This document shows positions 8,190 through 14,487 of a stretch of 26,038 bases of DNA, in pieces. The notes beneath the pieces were generated by a model. That model did no database searches. It was not told the origin of the DNA and saw nothing but the letters and a program-made list of their open reading frames with translations. How positions within the stretch are numbered: position 1 is the stretch's first letter; the number at the start of each line of letters is the position of its first letter. The position numbers were made by a program, and so were the translations under genes. Origin of the DNA: a virus (lineage: Duplodnaviria; Caudoviricetes); IMG/VR virus record IMGVR_UViG_3300044724_009212, positions 1-26,038 of that record; one strand, written 5' to 3'.

Positions 8190-8957
8190 GTGGCCCATGT
8201 GTATGGTAAGGACGGCAAGCCACACTTCCACCTAACTCCAGCCCAAGCTAAGAAGGAAGGTTTATTCTTCTCTGTTACGGAACATCAAAAGGTATTAGCC
8301 AAGCCAGCCCTTGAAAGATGGTTAATTGGTGAGCACCTCAAAGCAGCATTCAAGTATCCTCCCCGTGAAGGGGAGGATGCTGAAAGCTTTGTTAAACGCA
8401 TCCGTGCTTATACTTGGAAAAATGGTGGTGGAGCTGCTGAGCTTGGAACACAAATTCACGATGCCTTGGAATCTGTCTTGAAAGGTGACAAGAAAGTTGA
8501 GGATTTGGATGTAAATCTTCGCAAGTATGTATCTCCAGCGATCAAGTATTTTACCTCCAAAGAATTTGAGATTCTTGATCTTGAGAAAATCGTAGTGAAT
8601 ACCGAAGAAGGTTATGGCGGAACAGTTGACTGTGCTGCCAAAACAAAGGGCGGTTTAAAATTCATCCTCGATTGGAAAAGTCGTAAAACTTCCGGTAAAA
8701 AAATCGTTAGCTATAGTGGGCAGCCTGAGCAATGTGCAGCATATGGGGCAGCTTACTTTGGTGCTGACGCTATTGAACGAGAGGAAGTTTGGGGGGCTAA
8801 TGCTTACATCTCCACCAACGAGTTTGATGAAAATGGCGAATCCCGTTTTGAAGTAGTCAGCTACGAACCATCTAAAATGAAGTACCACTGGGAAACATTT
8901 AAGATGACGGCTGAGCTTTGGCGTAGAAGTGAAAAGTACGACCCAAGGAAAAACTAA
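8190..8957 (+). CDS. PD-(D/E)XK exonuclease
   Basis: SVT, AAELGTQIH, E..V, YGGTVD, LDWKS and QCAAY are Cas4/RecB-like phage exonuclease motifs. Confidence 0.88.
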   Translation: MAHVYGKDGKPHFHLTPAQAKKEGLFFSVTEHQKVLAKPALERWLIGEHLKAAFKYPPREGEDAESFVKRIRAYTWKNGGGAAELGTQIHDALESVLKGDKKVEDLDVNLRKYVSPAIKYFTSKEFEILDLEKIVVNTEEGYGGTVDCAAKTKGGLKFILDWKSRKTSGKKIVSYSGQPEQCAAYGAAYFGADAIEREEVWGANAYISTNEFDENGESRFEVVSYEPSKMKYHWETFKMTAELWRRSEKYDPRKN

Positions 8958-9916
8958 TGACTGACGATAGTAGCAATTTTACAAAGTTTTTCACCGACCC
9001 TGATGTTCTCAATGGTGTATCTAGAAGGTATCACGATTATGTCAGCAAAGGTGTTGTACCTGATACCATGACTGAGCAAAAACCATCGGAACCTCAAGTG
9101 GGCGGTTTACCTCCAATTATTAATGGGAAGGAATTTCCAGCTAAGTACGATCTAAAGCCAAGGGAGTTTCTAGTGGATGGAATGTTTCAGCGTGGTGATA
9201 ACATTTTGATCACAGCACCATCAAAGTTGGGTAAATCATACTTTTGGGCAAATGCAGCGGTTAGTATTGCTGCTGGTGTACCCTTCTTAGGCAAGACCAC
9301 TACAAAAAGCAATGTGCTCATCTTGGACCTGGAGTTACGAAGTGATGTAGCAATGGATCGATTGATTAGTATATCGCTTGCCCGTGGATTTGATCAAGTG
9401 CCGGACAGTTTGTGGCTATGGTCACTCGCAAAGCATTGCTATGATTTAGAAACAATCTGCGAGGTATTGAATGCCCGTCTAATGGATTTACCAAAGATGG
9501 ATTTAATCGTGGTTGATCCACTTTATGTCCTTGATCGAGGCGACTCGTTTGATGAAAACAATGCCCACTGCGTTACCCGCTTAATGACGGCATTGGAAAA
9601 ATTGACAGTGCAAACGGGTGCAGCTCTTGGATTAAGCCATCACTACCGCAAGGGTAACCTCAACTCTCAAGATTCAATTGATCGTGGAGCTGGCTCAGGA
9701 GCATTCAGTCGATACCCCGATGTTCTCATGTCATTAAGCAAGCATGAGATTGAGGACTGTGTGATCGCAGAGTCTACCACTCGTAACATGAAGTCGCCCC
9801 CAAGCTTTGTATTTCAATTGGATGCACCTCTAGTAAAGGTCAGGTCAGAATTGGATGCGACCAAGTTTCGAAAATATGGTCAACCCGGTATTGTAGAGGC
9901 GAGGGTTGAAGGATGA
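8957..9916 (+). CDS. RepA/AAA_25-type SF4-like replicative helicase
   Basis: Walker A APSKLGKS, LDLE, Walker B LIVVDP, HHYRKG, GAGSGAF and TRN. Confidence 0.88.
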   Translation: MTDDSSNFTKFFTDPDVLNGVSRRYHDYVSKGVVPDTMTEQKPSEPQVGGLPPIINGKEFPAKYDLKPREFLVDGMFQRGDNILITAPSKLGKSYFWANAAVSIAAGVPFLGKTTTKSNVLILDLELRSDVAMDRLISISLARGFDQVPDSLWLWSLAKHCYDLETICEVLNARLMDLPKMDLIVVDPLYVLDRGDSFDENNAHCVTRLMTALEKLTVQTGAALGLSHHYRKGNLNSQDSIDRGAGSGAFSRYPDVLMSLSKHEIEDCVIAESTTRNMKSPPSFVFQLDAPLVKVRSELDATKFRKYGQPGIVEARVEG

Positions 9917-10164
9917 AAGGTGTAGCTAATGCTAACGCTGATCGTTCCATCATAGTGGTAAAAGACGGGGAAGGCTTTGAGCTTAGAGTATGGAACAGGT
10001 TTATGGGAGACGCACCCATTGGGGTGCGTCTATCCCGTAAGACTAGCTTGCCCGACCTACCTACAAAATCATCCAGCTATCAATCAGCACTTGATTTACA
10101 AAGTCGCTGGCAAAAGTGGCTAGATGAAAATCCATTGAGTGGGCGAAAAAAAGGCAAAAAGTAG
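9913..10164 (+). CDS. Hypothetical protein
   Basis: 83 aa with ATGA translational coupling to the helicase gene. Confidence 0.7.
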   Translation: MKGVANANADRSIIVVKDGEGFELRVWNRFMGDAPIGVRLSRKTSLPDLPTKSSSYQSALDLQSRWQKWLDENPLSGRKKGKK

Positions 10165-10170
10165 CCGAAA

Positions 10171-10250
10171 TTCTTGCCCATTTTATATCACTTTTTGTCA
10201 CTATGTATCATTTTACACCACTTTTTTCCACTTCTTTTCATTTTGTATCT
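10171..10250. repeat. Phased degenerate 10-bp repeats
   Basis: Seven consecutive T-rich decamers ending in YCA (10171-10240), plus an eighth degenerate one. Confidence 0.7.
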
Positions 10251-10455
10251 GTTTGTTCCTCAACGATTTATGAACTTGTAAAAGGCTAATTTATGTGCAT
10301 AACTAACTATTGTAATTTCGGAAGTGTTGACATGGAATCTTTAGTAACAGCGATTCAAAATTTACTTTCAACTACTAGATGTAGGGCTTTTGGCAAAAAA
10401 GTTCTGCACCTGAGTAGAAATTCTCAAATTTCCTTTTATTATAACTCGTAAACCA

Positions 10456-10653
10456 ATGAAAACTTTATCCAAATCTGACCAAATCGAGGAGCTGGAAACC
10501 CGTATCGATCTACTTAAACAAGACAGCCGGATGTGCTCCTACAGGATTGAATATCACCGCAAAAGAAGGGCTAACTTTCAGGCTGAAATTAAGAGAGCCA
10601 AGGCACTTATCAGAAAATACAGGAAAAAGTCAGTAGAAAGGAATGGTACCTAA
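10456..10653 (+). CDS. Small basic coiled-coil protein
   Basis: 65 aa; heptad-like IEELETRIDLLKQ and an Arg/Lys-rich C-terminal half. Confidence 0.65.
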   Translation: MKTLSKSDQIEELETRIDLLKQDSRMCSYRIEYHRKRRANFQAEIKRAKALIRKYRKKSVERNGT

Positions 10654-10680
10654 TGGTACCCCGTGGTACCCAATGGTCTG
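10641..10680. repeat. Four tandem 10-bp repeats containing TGGTACC
   Basis: gaatggtacc taatggtacc ccgtggtacc caatggtctg. Confidence 0.85.
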
Positions 10681-10744
10681 AAAGTCGCTTAGATACAGGG
10701 CTATCTCTGGACTTATTCCTCTTTAATCCATATGTTTATCTTAT

Positions 10745-11095
10745 ATGAAATACACCTCACTAAAACATCAAGTAAACCAAATTTGCCCTGATTGGGACGC
10801 CCATAATGACTTTATAAGTCACAATAAGCATTACTACCATCCTAGTCATGAGATTACCATGTGTGATAAGTCGCCATTGACCCAATTTAAAGAAAACTCA
10901 TTAGCAAGGTTCGGCTACAATGGTAAACCCGGTCAAGTGGTTCACCCCATAGAAAATGGATACTACAAATTTTGGAAAGATCGAGGTGGTGTTAAAGGCT
11001 GCTTGGTATCTGAAAAGGAAAACCAAGTGAAGAGCTTTATGGATAAGTATAATCCAAATTCCGACTACGCTACTAACATAACTTTCGATAACTAA
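10745..11095 (+). CDS. Hypothetical accessory protein
   Basis: 116 aa, AT-rich, with its own sigma70-like promoter TGGACT-N17-TATGTT-N8-ATG. Confidence 0.7.
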   Translation: MKYTSLKHQVNQICPDWDAHNDFISHNKHYYHPSHEITMCDKSPLTQFKENSLARFGYNGKPGQVVHPIENGYYKFWKDRGGVKGCLVSEKENQVKSFMDKYNPNSDYATNITFDN

Positions 11096-11151
11096 TTTAA
11101 GGTAATTTGCACTATTATGCACAATATAGAATATTTTAATATAAACACGAT

Positions 11152-11242
11152 GATCCCCTCAGTCACTGAGCATGGAGGCTATGGAGAGCGTAGCACGGGC
11201 TTGTTATCGTTGCCTATTGTAACACTCAGTCCTGAGGGGGTC
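11152..11242 (+). ncRNA. Candidate structured RNA (multi-stem junction)
   Basis: P1 11152-62/11232-42, P2 11165-70/11225-30, P3 11178-83/11189-94 and P4 11197-200/11212-15. The three non-Watson-Crick pairs are all G-U on the plus strand. ATGCAC-N17-TATAAA ends 6 nt upstream. Confidence 0.6.
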
Positions 11243-11253
11243 TTAAGTCTTAG

Positions 11254-11505
11254 ATGACCGACCCTACCTACAGATGCAAGAGGGAGATGATAGAAGTGAT
11301 TACGGAAGGCAAGAGTTACCAAATCAAGCTCCATGCGACAGCAGAAGAGAGCACACCCCATTGGTATATCGTGGGGGACAACAATCAATTTCAGACATTA
11401 GAGCAAGCTGTGATGAATATCAGGAACTTGCCTATGACTACTACACCGCAATCGCCCAAATGTGGGACAACCCAAAGCGAGGCGAACAATCAATTAACAA
11501 AGTAA
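11254..11505 (+). CDS. Hypothetical protein (start may be the internal MIEVITEGK)
   Basis: Composition is more globular than the overlapping 11274..11516 frame. Confidence 0.5.
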   Translation: MTDPTYRCKREMIEVITEGKSYQIKLHATAEESTPHWYIVGDNNQFQTLEQAVMNIRNLPMTTTPQSPKCGTTQSEANNQLTK

Positions 11506-11521
11506 GTAAGGAGTAAACATC

Positions 11522-11839
11522 ATGTATAAGATACTACACAAAAAAGAGTGCCATTATGATGGCGTAATAGAGTTAAACCTCAAAATTGTAACCAGCACTA
11601 AAGACAGAAGCTTTCTTCCCGACATAATGGATAAAGCTTTTGCTGCCGGAGCGGAGACAACCAAGAGGATACTATTGAAGCATCCACAAATATCTCATGC
11701 CCTCGTTACTGAGGCATCAGTGGGATTAATGGCTGGAGAGGAAGATTCAAACATTAAGAAGGTTCCTGAGGCTTCAAGTAAAGAAACCAGCACCTATGTT
11801 TCTACAGATGTGCAGATTGGAGGTTGGTCACATGAATAA
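11522..11839 (+). CDS. Hypothetical protein
   Basis: 105 aa with a clear AAGGAG RBS upstream. Confidence 0.75.
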   Translation: MYKILHKKECHYDGVIELNLKIVTSTKDRSFLPDIMDKAFAAGAETTKRILLKHPQISHALVTEASVGLMAGEEDSNIKKVPEASSKETSTYVSTDVQIGGWSHE

Positions 11840-12167
11840 GGGCTTAAAGGAATATATGGCTGCTGCCCGATTGTTAGCAGATTCCGATCCTGAGATATTT
11901 GCTTTCATGGTGGAACACTTCGAACGCAAAAGAGATGCTCTATTAAAGACTAAGAAAAATCAGAAGGACACTAAACGCTTGTATGAGGTGAATTTGATCA
12001 TTCGCCACATTAAGCATGAGGATGATCATGAATTACTTTATGAGGAAATTGCTGAAATGATTGGTTGTAAACGCTCAGCCCCTCAAATGTTACATGACCA
12101 AGGCATTCGCAATCTCATGGCGATGCTCAAAAAAGACATAGGTCTTTTCAATGAAGGTAGAGCCTAA
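11832..12167 (+). CDS. Stand-alone sigma70 region-4-like HTH protein
   Basis: LLYEEIAEMIGCKRSAPQMLHDQGIRNL resembles region 4.2 (TLEEIG..xGVxRERxRQIExxALxKL). Start ATG 11832 overlaps the previous gene. Confidence 0.6.
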   Translation: MNKGLKEYMAAARLLADSDPEIFAFMVEHFERKRDALLKTKKNQKDTKRLYEVNLIIRHIKHEDDHELLYEEIAEMIGCKRSAPQMLHDQGIRNLMAMLKKDIGLFNEGRA

Positions 12168-13011
12168 AAGATCATTCCAAGATTCCATCCACCTTCTCTC
12201 GAAGAAGGTGGATGAGGAAGCTCTTGGGTACCATGATCAAATGATCCGCATTTGCATACTACTCAAAGAGGAAGGTGTATCTCCACAAGACTGTGCTGAC
12301 TTAATGTTCAAAGCCTCAGAAAGCGTGGCCCGTAGAAAGGTTCGAGCTGGAGAGATTGAGAATGTAGTTCGCTGGGTATTTCAAAAATCAGACAGTTCTG
12401 CCGGACTTAAAAGTAAGAAGGTCAATCGAGTAAGGCGTAACCAAGATACCATTGATGCTTGGTCGGCTAAGGGGTCAATCAAGTCCTTGATGGCTAAATC
12501 TGACTCTATACCTACGGATTCATCTGAAATACTTAAATTGCTCTATGCCGACCAAGATTTACTCCATCTTTCGCCTGATATATTCCATGACAACATCATG
12601 GAGTGTCGAGAGTGGATCAATAGCGATCTAGCAAAGATGCAATATCTCTGCCCATGTAAGTTTAAGGGTAAGGAAAAAGGCAGATTGGCTGAAAACGTTG
12701 CGGAGCGATCCTTTATTGTTTTCGAGACAGATGAGCGTCCAAACGATTGGGATGGTCAAGCTGGGTTGATTGAACGTTTAGCTCAAGAACTACCTCTTCG
12801 TATGGTACTATGGTCAGGCAATAAGTCACTCCACGCTTGGTTTGACTCCTATGGAGCCGCCAAAGATAGAATCGAGCAATTCCACAAAATGGTAGTTACT
12901 CTTGGCGGTGATCGAGCTGTTCTTAGAGCTGCTCAAATGGTTAGGTTTCCACTTGGTCGAAATTCCAAAACAGGCAAAAAGCAAGAGGTGGTTTACTTTC
13001 GTAATGGATAA
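12151..13011 (+). CDS. AEP-superfamily primase-like protein
   Basis: IVFETD (motif I), WSGNKSLHAWF (motif II) and D..V...QMVRFP (motif III), with a helical PriCT-like N-terminus. Confidence 0.75.
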   Translation: MKVEPKRSFQDSIHLLSKKVDEEALGYHDQMIRICILLKEEGVSPQDCADLMFKASESVARRKVRAGEIENVVRWVFQKSDSSAGLKSKKVNRVRRNQDTIDAWSAKGSIKSLMAKSDSIPTDSSEILKLLYADQDLLHLSPDIFHDNIMECREWINSDLAKMQYLCPCKFKGKEKGRLAENVAERSFIVFETDERPNDWDGQAGLIERLAQELPLRMVLWSGNKSLHAWFDSYGAAKDRIEQFHKMVVTLGGDRAVLRAAQMVRFPLGRNSKTGKKQEVVYFRNG

Positions 13012-13258
13012 ACTCTACGAAAGTTTAATGACCCGCAAAGAAGTTGCGGAGATGCTTGGAGTAAGTGCCAAGACTGTAGAGCGCATGGAAAAGCGAGGCT
13101 TCATTCCCCGTGTAGAAATACCGGGCGGAAGTGTTAGATATAAGCCCAGCTCAATAATGAAGGCTGTGAATCGTTGGGAAAAATTTCGTCCCGACAACCC
13201 TAATTGCTTAGTGGCATTTGGGGGAGACAATTTAAGAAACCAATATATAGAACGATGA
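13004..13258 (+). CDS. Excisionase-like HTH (HTH_17/AlpA type)
   Basis: LMTRKEVAEMLGVSAKTVERMEKRGFIP..IPGGSVRY; ATG 13004. Confidence 0.85.
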   Translation: MDKLYESLMTRKEVAEMLGVSAKTVERMEKRGFIPRVEIPGGSVRYKPSSIMKAVNRWEKFRPDNPNCLVAFGGDNLRNQYIER

Positions 13259-14241
13259 CTAAAGAACCCGATAACTTATACACTGTAAATAATGCTAATT
13301 ACGAAATGCTCTCGCATGAAGAGTCGCATCAATTACTAGTCGAGCTAAGGGAGCTTGAAAACAAGCTCCCAAACTCATCAGTAGTTGAAGCAAAAAAGAT
13401 CAATCGTATGCAAGACCGCATACGCGAGAAATTAATTATTAGTCACATGGGTATTATCAAAAATGTGGCTTTTAAATTTTGGGACGGATACGAAACTCCT
13501 ACAGAAACCGATGGCTTGAGAGCAGAATTAGTCTCCGCTGGTGTTTTGGGCTTCATGCAAGCACTACCAAACTACTTCAATCAGCCTGTGGAGAAATTCT
13601 CTAGCTGGATATATTTTGGGATCAGGAAGCAAATCTGGCTTCATTTAGGTACAAGGTTTAAGCAATGTTCTAAACAAGCACCTTACTTATTAGAGTCTTT
13701 ATCCAAGGTGGTAACCTGTGCATTGCAACTACGAGAAGAGAATGGTGTTGATCCAACTATTAGGGAAGTTGCCCGTGCTATGTATATATCTCCTGAGCTT
13801 GTTGAAATAGTGCTTCGATTTAATGTCGGGTTCACCTCAGGCGACAAAGATTTGAGTGATGGTGATAGTGACGAAAGCTTTAGCTTGTTCGATACCTTGA
13901 GCGATACAACGGACGCAGATATACACGGCAGACCTAGTCATACAACAAGCTATGGTGATAGGCATTGCTTGTCGGAGAAACTCATGGAATTGCCTCAATT
14001 ACAATCATCAGTGCTTCTACTAAGGTCAGGATACAGTGAGGCTTATGAATGCAGCATCAATGATATTATCGCTGAATACAAGAACCCCGAAAGTAGGGTC
14101 AGAAGTTTAAAAGACGAGTTAACAAAATCGGCTGAAGACAAACCAGCAATTCTTAACTCCATTAACATCTTCTTTGATAACTTAAGTGCTGATAGACCCT
14201 CTGAAGAATTGCTTGAAAAGTTGAACATCAAGGAGTCGTAA
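13255..14241 (+). CDS. Divergent sigma70-family sigma factor
   Basis: Region 1.2 LSHEE, 2.1 IREKLIISHMGIIKNVAFKF, 2.2 ELVSAGVLGFMQA, 2.3 KFSSWIYFGIRKQI, 3 DPTIREVA, an acidic 3.2, and 4 LPQLQSSVLLLRSG..ESRVRSL. ATGA-coupled to the Xis-like gene. Confidence 0.85.
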   Translation: MTKEPDNLYTVNNANYEMLSHEESHQLLVELRELENKLPNSSVVEAKKINRMQDRIREKLIISHMGIIKNVAFKFWDGYETPTETDGLRAELVSAGVLGFMQALPNYFNQPVEKFSSWIYFGIRKQIWLHLGTRFKQCSKQAPYLLESLSKVVTCALQLREENGVDPTIREVARAMYISPELVEIVLRFNVGFTSGDKDLSDGDSDESFSLFDTLSDTTDADIHGRPSHTTSYGDRHCLSEKLMELPQLQSSVLLLRSGYSEAYECSINDIIAEYKNPESRVRSLKDELTKSAEDKPAILNSINIFFDNLSADRPSEELLEKLNIKES

Positions 14242-14292
14242 ATAACCCAAAAATAGTTTGGCGTACGACTCAATCTGCGTTACTTTTTAGGT

Positions 14293-14487
14293 ATGTCAGA
14301 GAGCAATATTTCAGACGACCAAAACGATCAAATCGGGGTGTGGTTAGAATTTTGTTACAACAACAAAATCCAGTACCAAAGCGAAGGTTACTCTGACTTG
14401 CTTGAGCGTATGGAAGATGAAGACCCTGTTGTTAGGGATAGTGTGATCAATACCCTAATCGAGACAGTAAATCTTCATCAATTCTAG
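14293..14487 (+). CDS. Small highly acidic protein
   Basis: 64 aa with 14 D/E and 3 K/R. Own promoter TTGGCG-N17-TACTTT-N6-ATG. Confidence 0.6.
   Translation: MSESNISDDQNDQIGVWLEFCYNNKIQYQSEGYSDLLERMEDEDPVVRDSVINTLIETVNLHQF

Noticed and set aside
8190-8957. Cas4, with the RuvC-like gene as a Cas12/TnpB effector
   Set aside because: No Fe-S cysteine cluster and no array; both are small stand-alone genes in a normal phage recombination/replication operon.
10291-11126. dif/Xer-like sites (TGTGCATAA at 10294 and inverted TTATGCACA at 11115) flanking a cassette
   Set aside because: Only one arm resembles an XerC site, there is no TTATGTTAAAT-like XerD arm, and a 9-bp match in AT-rich DNA is weak.
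11165-11236. TPP riboswitch or hammerhead ribozyme suggested by CTGAG
   Set aside because: It lacks the CUGAGA..ACCUG and CUGANGA..GAAA cores, and the CTGAG copies are base-paired in stems.
11274-11516. Overprinted second ORF on 11254-11505
   Set aside because: Could not support two real genes; this frame looks less protein-like, though the choice is uncertain.
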